A DNA stretch of 58,629 nt, from positions 1 through 58,629 of the IMG/VR virus record IMGVR_UViG_3300017652_000001; one strand, 5' to 3'. This document shows, one piece after another, positions 36,197 through 44,887 of this stretch (positions are counted from its first letter, which is position 1; the number at the start of each line of letters is the position of its first letter). The DNA comes from a virus. Taxonomy: Duplodnaviria; Caudoviricetes. The position numbers and the translations under genes were made by a program. The notes under the pieces are model-generated. The model was not told where the DNA came from and searched no databases. It worked only from the letters and a program-made list of their open reading frames with translations.

Positions 36197-36754
36197 ATGA
36201 AGTATTTCCAGCAGCTCGCGGCCGGCATCAATGTCACGCCGCTGATGAACGCATTGCAGCGCCAGCCGGAATTGTGGGACGCGAACCCGATCCGAACGAA
36301 GCACCCCGGCACGGCACATGCGGAAGTTTCAGACATCCTCGTCCGCTTCAACGATGTGGAGGAATATCTTCGCACCGGCGATCCGAGCGCCATTGTAGAT
36401 GACCGCGAGGCGATCGCCTATCCCGCGTGGGAGAAGCTTCCCCATATGCGGCCGATCATCTTCGACCTGATGCGGACCGTTGAGGCGACCCGGTTGGGCC
36501 GCGTGGTCATCACGAAACTGCCTCCGGGCAAGGAGATAACCCCCCACGTCGATCAGGGCTCCCCGGCCGAATACTACCGGCGCTTCCAAGTCGCGCTGCA
36601 GTCATTACCAGGCGCCTTGTTCACGATCGGAGATGAGACTGTAAACTTCCGGACTGGTGACGTCTGGATGATCGACAACCGGACGGTCCATGGGGTTGTA
36701 AATAACTCCGCGGACGACCGGATCGTCATGATCGTGGATCTGAGGTGCGAATGA
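36197..36754 (+). CDS. Aspartyl/asparaginyl beta-hydroxylase-like 2OG-Fe(II) oxygenase
   Basis: LPPGKEITPHVD (HxD), GDVWMIDNRTVHGVVN, DRIVMIVD. Confidence 0.85.
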   Translation: MKYFQQLAAGINVTPLMNALQRQPELWDANPIRTKHPGTAHAEVSDILVRFNDVEEYLRTGDPSAIVDDREAIAYPAWEKLPHMRPIIFDLMRTVEATRLGRVVITKLPPGKEITPHVDQGSPAEYYRRFQVALQSLPGALFTIGDETVNFRTGDVWMIDNRTVHGVVNNSADDRIVMIVDLRCE

Positions 36755-37224
36755 TGCTGACCGCTCAGATCGAGGAACTCGACCCTGTTTCGCTTGAAGA
36801 GATCAAGCCGCTCCTGCCGACGCATTACGACGAGCTTTCGGAACACAAGCTGGCAGGCATCCCGCTCGATCCGCAGTTTGACCTCTACCTTGCCCGGGCA
36901 GCGGCAGGACAGGTGCTGTATGTCACCCTGCGGGATCAGGGCGAGTTGATCGGCTATCTCGTCTCGTTCGTCGCCCCGGGCATGCATTATCGCTCCTGCC
37001 TGACCGCGACGGCCGACATCTTCTTCGTCAAGCCTAATCGGCGCGGCGCGGAAGGTGGCATCCTCCTCGGCAGCGCTTGGATCAAGGAATGCCGGCGGCG
37101 CGGTGTCCAACTCATGCAGATCGGCATGAAGGTCCGCCACGCCGTGCACGCCCGTCGCATGCTGGAGGCCTGCGGCTTCGAAGAGACCGAAGTCATGTTC
37201 TGGCAGTTTCTGAACAAGGAATAA
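36751..37224 (+). CDS. GNAT-fold acetyltransferase-like protein
   Basis: LIGY...DIFFVKPNRRG..GG..L...CRRRGV...GF. Confidence 0.75.
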   Translation: MMLTAQIEELDPVSLEEIKPLLPTHYDELSEHKLAGIPLDPQFDLYLARAAAGQVLYVTLRDQGELIGYLVSFVAPGMHYRSCLTATADIFFVKPNRRGAEGGILLGSAWIKECRRRGVQLMQIGMKVRHAVHARRMLEACGFEETEVMFWQFLNKE

Positions 37225-37228
37225 GCTG

Positions 37229-37861
37229 ATGGTCGCAACAGCCATTATCGGAAGCGCCGTCGTCGGTGCCGGGGCCTCGATCGCGGGTTCGAAAGCGCAG
37301 GCTGGCGCCACGAAAAAGGCGTCCGACTCCCAGATGGCGATGTACCAGCAGACCCGCGCGGATTTGCTGCCCTACAACGAGGCCGGACAATCGGCGTTGA
37401 AGACGCTGAATAATCGCCTGACGGAACTGACGTCGCCTATTAAAATGGACCAAGCAACTCTTGAAAAAACACCGGGTTACCAGTTCAACTTACAGCAAGG
37501 TTTGAAGTCTACGCAGAACAGCGCGGCGGCGCGGGGGCTTGGCAACTCCGGGGCGGCGCTCAAGGGCGCTGCGTCCTACGCTACCGGGTTGGCGGACTCG
37601 ACTTATCAGAACCAGTTCAACAACGCCGTCACCAATCAGACAAACGCCTATAATCGTCTCATGGGCCTCGTCCAATCGGGTCAGAATGCTGCGGCGCAGA
37701 CCGGCTCCTATGGGACGCAAACGGCTCAGTCGATCGGTCAGAACACAATAGCGGGCGGCACGGCCCAGGCCGCCGGATACACGGGCGCAGCGAACGCCAT
37801 CAGTGGCGGCGTGAACAACTATCTCACATACAATGCGCTAAAGGGGATGTACGGTGGCTGA
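37229..37861 (+). CDS. DNA ejection protein (gp7-like)
   Basis: A/G/Q-rich; PY..AG, PGYQF.LQQG, SAAARG...SGAALK. Confidence 0.8.
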   Translation: MVATAIIGSAVVGAGASIAGSKAQAGATKKASDSQMAMYQQTRADLLPYNEAGQSALKTLNNRLTELTSPIKMDQATLEKTPGYQFNLQQGLKSTQNSAAARGLGNSGAALKGAASYATGLADSTYQNQFNNAVTNQTNAYNRLMGLVQSGQNAAAQTGSYGTQTAQSIGQNTIAGGTAQAAGYTGAANAISGGVNNYLTYNALKGMYGG

Positions 37862-39227
37862 AATCGACACGTCGTTCTATCCTAAGGCACCACAGAACTC
37901 GCTCATCGACACGTTGAGCACGGTTGCGACCATCAAAAACTTGGGTGAGCAGAACAAGCTCCTTCAAGGCCAGCAGAAGCGGCAGGATATCGACATCGAT
38001 CAGGCGAAGATCGACCTCGCGCACAAGCAGTACGAGGGGCTTGCCAATCTCGTCGGTTCGATCGCCCAGGACCCACGCGCCGGCACTGCGGAAGGACCGT
38101 CTCTCGTCCAGCAATACGCCGACAATGCGGTGAAGCAAGGTTTTATTACGCCGGAAGCCGCCCAGACGGCGCTTGCCACGATGCCGCAGGACCCTGCACA
38201 GATTCCACAGTGGCTGCAAACTATGAATGTCACAATCCTGGAGGGAGCCAATCGCTTCGGTCAGATTTATGGCTCGCCGAGCACGATCTCTGACAACAGC
38301 CGCATTCAGCCGGTAACGGTCAGCCCAATCACGGGAATGCGACCTATCGGGGCTCCGGTGGATATCACTGTATCGCCTGAAACCCGCGCCGATCTCGTCC
38401 AGACCACGGATGCCCAGGGCCGCACTGTACTCGTGCCGAAGGGCAATATCCTTACCCAAGCCGGCGTCAATCCGATGACAGCCCAGCCGGCAGAAAATCA
38501 GCTTGTCGCGCCCCCGGCCTCCGTCGAACGCCGCGCATTGCCGCCGGTTCAGCCAACCCAGAATCCGGCCGGCGGCGTCGTCACCAGCCCGTCTGCCGGC
38601 GAAATCCAGGCACAGACAGTTCTCGGGCAGGCCGGCGGTCAACAATATGCGGAAGACGTCGCACGCGAACGATCATTCCAGCAGGACGTTCTTCCTCTCC
38701 AGAAAGCATTGGCCGGCCTTGAGCGTCTTGGCCCAACCGGTACCGGCCCCGGCACGGAGACGCTGAACGAGGCAAAGTCGTTTCTCACGTCCATGGGCAT
38801 CATCGCGCCGGATCAGGATTTGAAGGATTTCGATGAAGTTCGGAAATATCTGGTTCAGTACGCCCGTGGTGCTGGTGACACCGGCACCAATGACAAATTA
38901 GCCGCGGCCTTTGCGGGAAACCCGAGCCTTGGCATCTCCAATGCGGCGTCGGTAGATGTCGTGAAGACGGCTCTATCTCTGCGCCGATTGCAGAACGCTC
39001 AGACACGCGCGTTCGATGCATCCGGTCAGTCTCCGGCAGAATATGGCAAATGGTCCGCCGAGTTCAATTCGACACAGGACCCTGTCGCCTATGGTTTCGA
39101 CCTCATGGATGGCGAGCAGCGCCTTAAATATTTCAAAGGTCTCGATCAGGCCGGAAAGAGCAAGTTCATGAGGTCCCTCAAGACGGCTCAGGGGCTCGGC
39201 ATCGTCGCCCCTCCGAGTGTGGAATAA
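37854..39227 (+). CDS. DNA ejection protein (gp20 position)
   Basis: Position and Q/P-rich helical composition. Confidence 0.7.
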   Translation: MAEIDTSFYPKAPQNSLIDTLSTVATIKNLGEQNKLLQGQQKRQDIDIDQAKIDLAHKQYEGLANLVGSIAQDPRAGTAEGPSLVQQYADNAVKQGFITPEAAQTALATMPQDPAQIPQWLQTMNVTILEGANRFGQIYGSPSTISDNSRIQPVTVSPITGMRPIGAPVDITVSPETRADLVQTTDAQGRTVLVPKGNILTQAGVNPMTAQPAENQLVAPPASVERRALPPVQPTQNPAGGVVTSPSAGEIQAQTVLGQAGGQQYAEDVARERSFQQDVLPLQKALAGLERLGPTGTGPGTETLNEAKSFLTSMGIIAPDQDLKDFDEVRKYLVQYARGAGDTGTNDKLAAAFAGNPSLGISNAASVDVVKTALSLRRLQNAQTRAFDASGQSPAEYGKWSAEFNSTQDPVAYGFDLMDGEQRLKYFKGLDQAGKSKFMRSLKTAQGLGIVAPPSVE

Positions 39228-39230
39228 TCA

Positions 39231-42200
39231 ATGGCTGGGAAGTTCGAAACGGTCGGCAATTTCGTCGCACGCGGAGCGGGCAAAGTAGACCCGGCCCTCG
39301 TTGATATTCTGCGCCAGGCGGCCGAAGCGACCGGGCTCAATGTCGAGGCCTATTCCGGCTATCGCCCAGGCGATAAGCGCCAGCACGGCCACGGCAAAGC
39401 CACGGATATCCGGATCATCGGAGACGACGGAAAGCCGCTGCCGAATTACCAGACACCTGAAACCTTCGGGGCGTACGAGACGCTTGCCCAGGCCGCCCGC
39501 AAAATCCAGATGGAGCAGTATCCGCAGCTCGACAAGCAGTTCCGGTGGGGAGGCTATTTCTCCGGCGGCAAGGGCAAGTATGGGGCAATGGACCTCATGC
39601 ACTTCGACCTTGGCGGCTCCGACAAACTCGGCATGGCTGGTGGCAGTTGGGAGAAGGGTCTGACGGAACAGCAGGCCGCGCTATTCCCCGGCGTCAAAAG
39701 CGCCGGAGCGCTCGCTTTCGCAGGTGAGGCCCCGCGTCAATCTGCTGGCGCCGTTGATGCAGTCAATGCGCTCGCTGACGACCAACCGCGGCTACAGACG
39801 AACGCACTTGCTCAGAACACGCAGTATGTGCCGCCTCCGTTCAGTGGGCAGCGGCCGACATTCGCCCCGCTGTTCAACAACGAGCCTATTCAGCCGGCCC
39901 AGATCGCTCCGGCTCAGAAACAGATTCGACAGCCCACCACAGCACCGCAGTCGAATGACGATGATCTGATGAAGGCATGGGGTCTGTCGAGCGAGAACGC
40001 CACCTCTGCGTCCTCTGTAGATAGCAGCAATGACGATGCACTTATGAAGGCGTGGGGGCTCGACAAGACGGACGTAGCACCGGCTGCGGCATTACCAAAA
40101 GCTGATGTGGAGGCTCCAGTTGCGGCAGCGCCGATAGGCTTGAATGACGCGGTTCGGTCGGTTGCGACCGGGGTCCCCGTCATCGGTGGTCTGCTGAACA
40201 AAGCGAATGCCGCGACAAATGCACTGATCGCACCAGTCGTCAATCCGTTGCTCTCGGAAGGGAACCAGCTCAAGGGCGAGACTTGGGAGGAGCGATACGC
40301 AAATTCGCTGGCCGAGCAAGAGGGTATGGACACCGCCTATGCGGCGCAGCACCCAATCGCGAGCACGGTAGGTAACCTCGCCGGTGGAATTGCAGCAACA
40401 ATCCCCATGGTCGCCGCTGCGCCTGCATTGATGGGAGCCTCACGTACTGCGTCACTCGGCACGAATATGTTGATGGGAGGCGCAACTGGCGCGGCCATTG
40501 GCGGGGCTGATAGCGCCGTCCGTTCTGGCGGAGACCTTGGAGAAACCATTCGAGGAGCCGAACTAGGCGGCGCATTTGGACTTGGCGCACCTGTCGCCGG
40601 AAAAGTGATCGGGGCGACTGCGAACAAATTGGTTGAGGGCTATCGCTCGATGACGCCTTCAGGTGCAGCCGCGAACAATCTCTCTGCGGCAATCTCGGAA
40701 TCGCGAACCACGCCGGGAGCTATCGCGAACGAACTCGCAAGCAATCCGCGCTTGGCGCCGATGGATGTCGATCCGAATTTGCAGCAGATGGCGATGAATT
40801 TGGCTGCAAGACCTGGCGCGCCACGGTCTATCCTCTATGAGGCAGCACAGCAGCGAGCCGGTGGCGCAAAGGGTGCCGTCAATGAAGCCTTTGATCAGGC
40901 TCTTGGCGAATCCCCTGACACAGTCAAAATCCTTTCCAGCCTCCGCGAGAAGCAACAAGCTTCCGTGCTAAAGCCGGAGCAGGTGCGCGCCACACTCGAC
41001 AAGACCATGGGAGAGGCTGCCGATCCTCAATCGGCGCTTGATAAATTCATCAGCCAGCGATCGACCGAAAGCCTGCCGCTCTATGAGAAGGCATTCGAAG
41101 GCGGGAGTATGGCCCCCTTGGAAAAACAATTCGAGGGCGTCTTCGCGGAGGCCACGGAATCGGTATCGAAGGCATCCAAGGAGCTGGCGGCCGCACGTCA
41201 GCGGCAGACCCTTGCGCGGGCTCAGGAATCCAGAGCGGGGAATGACGTCTATTCTTCAAGTGGCGCACTTTCCGCCGTGCGAGATGCGGACGCGGCGACA
41301 TCTGCGGCAGAGAAAAATCTAGCAGCCGCCACGGCGCAAAAGGAAAGCGCTCTTAGCCGTCTGCGCCAGGCTCAGCAGGACGGTACGGCAAATGCGCCAG
41401 GTGCCGTCTGGAGCCCGCGCATTCAGCAGTTTCTCGATGATCCTATCACGCAGTCTGGATTGGCAAGAGGAGTTAAAATACAGCGGCTTGAGTCACTTGC
41501 TGAAGGTAAAGTTTTCAACCCCACGGAGTACGCGATTACAGGCGTAGACGCAGCCGGGAACCCGGTCGTCGGCAGCGTCCCGAATATGCGGACGCTGAAT
41601 GTCGTCAAGAAGGGCCTCGATGAAATGGTCGAGGCGGCGAAAAATCCAACGACAGGCAGACTGTCGGAGGAGGGCGTGGCCATTGATAAGGTTCGCCGAG
41701 CCTTTTTGAGCGAACTGGATTCGATCAATTCGGATTACGCCGCAGCGCGCGGGGCCTGGGCTGGGCCATCCAAAGCCAGAGAGGCTTTCACTAAGGGCCT
41801 TGGGCTGTTCAGCAATGGAACCGGAAAGGCGGCGCTCGGGAACACGCCAGAACAGATTTCGACATGGATCAAGAAGGCTTCTCCCGACGAACTGGCAGCT
41901 CTGAAGCTTGGCGCCCGTTCGTCGCTTGAGCAGCAGATGGCAAACTCGGCCAATCAGATCGACCGTATCGCGAAACTCACAGACATCGAGGCCAATCAGA
42001 AAAAGCTTGCGGCCCTAATCGGTGACAAGGAAGCAAAGCAGATCATCGACGGGATGAAGGCGCAATTCACTGATCCTGTCGGGGATGCATTCTCGCGGGG
42101 TCTCGATATCCTGCGGACCCGTACTGGATCTGCTGGGCTTGAGGATCGTCCGGAGTTTTGGAAACAGTGGTTTGACGGCGCGACCGCCGCCGAGAAAGAA

Positions 42201-42809
42201 GCCGCAAAGCAGGGCGCGCGGGTCGCGATCGATACGCAGATCAACGCCGTCCGTTCAGCGGCTGCGAAAGGGGCTTCTATCCCCGATGTCGGCTTCAACC
42301 GTGATCGCCTCGAAATCCTGCTTGGCAAAGCAGAGACCGACAAGCTGGCTCAAGTCCTCAAGGACGAACAGCGCATTGCCCAGACCAATGCAAAGCTTTT
42401 CGCAGGGTCTCAGACTGCGCCTCGCGCCGTTGTGAACAAGTTGACTGAGGTAACGCAGGTGACGCCTGGCATAAGCTTGACTACGCCAATGGCGATCGGT
42501 GGCGGCTATAGTTTGGGCGGCCTCCCCGGGGCAGCGGCAGGGGCCTCTCTCTCGCTTGGCCGAATGGGTATCCAAAAAGGCTTTCAGGTTCGTGATGTCG
42601 TCAGAAACAAGCTGATGGCGGAAGCGATCAGCAGTGGCGCAGGTCTTGAAAATGCTCTTGCATCTGTCGGGGCTGGAAATCGGGTAGGGTCCAAATTGCA
42701 AGGGAGCAGTAGCCGACTTCTCTCGGCGACTGGCCCAGCGGTAAACCCGTTGATCCTCGGTCAGGAACGGAGGAGGCCCCTAGAGATCACGGTCAAGCCG
42801 CGTCGTTGA
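39231..42809 (+). CDS. Large ejection protein (gp16 position) with N-terminal M15-like peptidase
   Basis: 1192 aa; SGYR..H..G.ATD...RWGG...DLMHFD. Confidence 0.75.
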   Translation: MAGKFETVGNFVARGAGKVDPALVDILRQAAEATGLNVEAYSGYRPGDKRQHGHGKATDIRIIGDDGKPLPNYQTPETFGAYETLAQAARKIQMEQYPQLDKQFRWGGYFSGGKGKYGAMDLMHFDLGGSDKLGMAGGSWEKGLTEQQAALFPGVKSAGALAFAGEAPRQSAGAVDAVNALADDQPRLQTNALAQNTQYVPPPFSGQRPTFAPLFNNEPIQPAQIAPAQKQIRQPTTAPQSNDDDLMKAWGLSSENATSASSVDSSNDDALMKAWGLDKTDVAPAAALPKADVEAPVAAAPIGLNDAVRSVATGVPVIGGLLNKANAATNALIAPVVNPLLSEGNQLKGETWEERYANSLAEQEGMDTAYAAQHPIASTVGNLAGGIAATIPMVAAAPALMGASRTASLGTNMLMGGATGAAIGGADSAVRSGGDLGETIRGAELGGAFGLGAPVAGKVIGATANKLVEGYRSMTPSGAAANNLSAAISESRTTPGAIANELASNPRLAPMDVDPNLQQMAMNLAARPGAPRSILYEAAQQRAGGAKGAVNEAFDQALGESPDTVKILSSLREKQQASVLKPEQVRATLDKTMGEAADPQSALDKFISQRSTESLPLYEKAFEGGSMAPLEKQFEGVFAEATESVSKASKELAAARQRQTLARAQESRAGNDVYSSSGALSAVRDADAATSAAEKNLAAATAQKESALSRLRQAQQDGTANAPGAVWSPRIQQFLDDPITQSGLARGVKIQRLESLAEGKVFNPTEYAITGVDAAGNPVVGSVPNMRTLNVVKKGLDEMVEAAKNPTTGRLSEEGVAIDKVRRAFLSELDSINSDYAAARGAWAGPSKAREAFTKGLGLFSNGTGKAALGNTPEQISTWIKKASPDELAALKLGARSSLEQQMANSANQIDRIAKLTDIEANQKKLAALIGDKEAKQIIDGMKAQFTDPVGDAFSRGLDILRTRTGSAGLEDRPEFWKQWFDGATAAEKEAAKQGARVAIDTQINAVRSAAAKGASIPDVGFNRDRLEILLGKAETDKLAQVLKDEQRIAQTNAKLFAGSQTAPRAVVNKLTEVTQVTPGISLTTPMAIGGGYSLGGLPGAAAGASLSLGRMGIQKGFQVRDVVRNKLMAEAISSGAGLENALASVGAGNRVGSKLQGSSSRLLSATGPAVNPLILGQERRRPLEITVKPRR

Positions 42810-43022
42810 GCGGTCATGGGGAATCCACGTGCCTTTTGACGGCTCAATAATTCGAAAGGCACCAAGCCTTTCGCCAAGCCAAATCATCAAGGCGATAGTG
42901 AGCGCGCCAGCAAAATAACCATGGCCGAAGTCATCGCTGATACCGACCACCATGAATTCGACCAAGCGGTAGAATCCATACATCACTAGGATGCAGAAGG
43001 TGATGTAGATAAGCCTGAGCAA
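42780..43022 (-). CDS. Two-TM membrane protein (moron)
   Basis: Opposite strand to the late genes; two hydrophobic helices. Confidence 0.65.
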   Translation of the reverse strand: MLRLIYITFCILVMYGFYRLVEFMVVGISDDFGHGYFAGALTIALMIWLGERLGAFRIIEPSKGTWIPHDRSTTRLDRDL

Positions 43023-43029
43023 ATTAACC

Positions 43030-43368
43030 TCAATAACAAGTGGTATTTATCATTACCCCGTTTCGCATTGAGGTGCAATTGAGCGGGCGCTGAACTGGTG
43101 GCTGATAGACTTGTAAAGGCTGTGGCGTCGGGCGGCTCATGAGATAGGCGGCGGCCAGTTGGCGCCGTTGGGCGTCCTCGTTTCTAGCCTGTGCGTATAG
43201 CGTCTCACGGCAGTGGATATATTCCGGCGTGCCGGCCTTGGCCCCGAACGATTGGCATTTCTGATCCTGATCGGCATCAGCCTTTGCGCGTCGAAGGGCC
43301 ATATCCATTTCTGCCGTTTGGCATCCGGTCAGAAGCATTAACACCGAAATCAAAGCAAATCGAAACAT
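43030..43368 (-). CDS. Lipoprotein (moron)
   Basis: MFRFALISVLMLLTGC lipobox; CQSFGAK.GT.EY..C. Confidence 0.75.
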   Translation of the reverse strand: MFRFALISVLMLLTGCQTAEMDMALRRAKADADQDQKCQSFGAKAGTPEYIHCRETLYAQARNEDAQRRQLAAAYLMSRPTPQPLQVYQPPVQRPLNCTSMRNGVMINTTCY

Positions 43369-43430
43369 GGCATCCCCCGACAATCATGCCGGGAGATTAC
43401 GGTAACTCACTCAAAAGTCGAGAGAAGAAG

Positions 43431-44627
43431 ATGGCAACTATCCTGCCTTTGGGCGAAACCACGTTCTTTGACGCGAATGGCGATCCTCTCGCGTTCGGCA
43501 CTGTCGAATTCTATGTGCCGAACTCGACTGTCATGAAGGACACCTTTCAAGATAGTGACCAATCGACGCTAAATACAAACCCGGTTGTTCTCGATTCCGC
43601 CGGACGAGCTATCATTTTCGGTTCCGGATCGTACCGACAGGTGGTCAAGGACGTTTTCGGGAACCTGATCTGGGACAGGACCACCGGCGAACCCAGCGCG
43701 GGGATCGTATCGGCAGGCGGGACCAGCGGCGGCACGGATAATGCTCAAACCCTCACGGCGGGAACATTCGATGGCGAAGATGGCTCGACTATCCAGTTCG
43801 TAGCAGGCCTGAGCAACACGGGGCCGATGACCCTCTCTATCGGTGGGGGCGCCCCGATCTCCGTCCTTAAGAATGGCCCTAGCGGCCCGGATGAACTGGC
43901 CGAAGGCGATATCGTCACCGGGAATATCTATTCCGTCGCTTATAGCTCGGTACAGGCATCGTTTCAGTTGCTCACAAGTATCCCGCCGACGTTCTCGATC
44001 GCATCAGAGGCAGGCGCAAAAGCGGGCACGAACAACTCCGATCTGATGACACCTCTGAGGGCCCGTCAAGCGAGAGAGCAGGCGCGCGTTGATCTGGCCA
44101 GCGGGGCGACGGTCGATCTCGGGTCGGTATCGAGCCAATCAATACGGATTACTGGCACAACGCAGATTACGTCGTTCGGAGGGAGCGCGGAAGCCGGCGC
44201 GAGGAAGACGCTATATTTCGCCGGGGCTCTCACCCTCCGACATAACGCGACATCGCTCATTCTGCCGAATGGCGGGTCGAACATCGTCACGTCTGCGGGA
44301 GATACTTGTGAGGCGCTGTGCCTTGGGTCTGGGAATTGGGTTGTGTCGAGTTATCAGGACACGTCCTTCGCTACGCTCGAAACCCTATTGACCCACCTGA
44401 TCTACACCGGCACGAGCCCATCAAATACAAACTTTCCGATCGGGACATATCTTACTGTTTATGTCACTACATTTCGAGCCAGAAATGCAACGACAAATAT
44501 CTACATCGGCACTGACGGCACCAGCCTTTATGCAGCGGATATCGGACGAGGCGCGCAATTGGCTGGCCTGTGGAGTGCGCGGGGGAATGCCGGAGACGGC
44601 CGACAACATTTTCAGAGGATCACTTGA
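43431..44627 (+). CDS. Tail fibre/adaptor protein
   Basis: FFDANGDPLA.G...NTNPVVLDSAGRA head-binding-like N-terminus; MTPLR motif. Confidence 0.8.
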   Translation: MATILPLGETTFFDANGDPLAFGTVEFYVPNSTVMKDTFQDSDQSTLNTNPVVLDSAGRAIIFGSGSYRQVVKDVFGNLIWDRTTGEPSAGIVSAGGTSGGTDNAQTLTAGTFDGEDGSTIQFVAGLSNTGPMTLSIGGGAPISVLKNGPSGPDELAEGDIVTGNIYSVAYSSVQASFQLLTSIPPTFSIASEAGAKAGTNNSDLMTPLRARQAREQARVDLASGATVDLGSVSSQSIRITGTTQITSFGGSAEAGARKTLYFAGALTLRHNATSLILPNGGSNIVTSAGDTCEALCLGSGNWVVSSYQDTSFATLETLLTHLIYTGTSPSNTNFPIGTYLTVYVTTFRARNATTNIYIGTDGTSLYAADIGRGAQLAGLWSARGNAGDGRQHFQRIT

Positions 44628-44824
44628 TGATCTCTGTAGATATTAACTCTGTCATCCCCACCGACGAGACTGGCGTCTGGATAGTGAACATAACCTTTTC
44701 CAACTCCGATGGGGCTCGTCAGACCGTTGATTACTGCCTTCGCGATGATGACCCATTCGGGTTGTCTCCGTCGCTCATGAAGCGAATCTTTGGCGCCGAA
44801 GAGCGCCAGTCGCCACCAGCATAA
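44627..44824 (+). CDS. Small tail-fibre-associated protein
   Basis: TGATG coupling; YCLRDDDPFGLSP. Confidence 0.55.
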   Translation: MISVDINSVIPTDETGVWIVNITFSNSDGARQTVDYCLRDDDPFGLSPSLMKRIFGAEERQSPPA

Positions 44825-44887
44825 CCCCCATCCAACAATTCATCGATTGCGACAAGGTGACATTTCCCGTCCCTTGATGGAGCCCCC

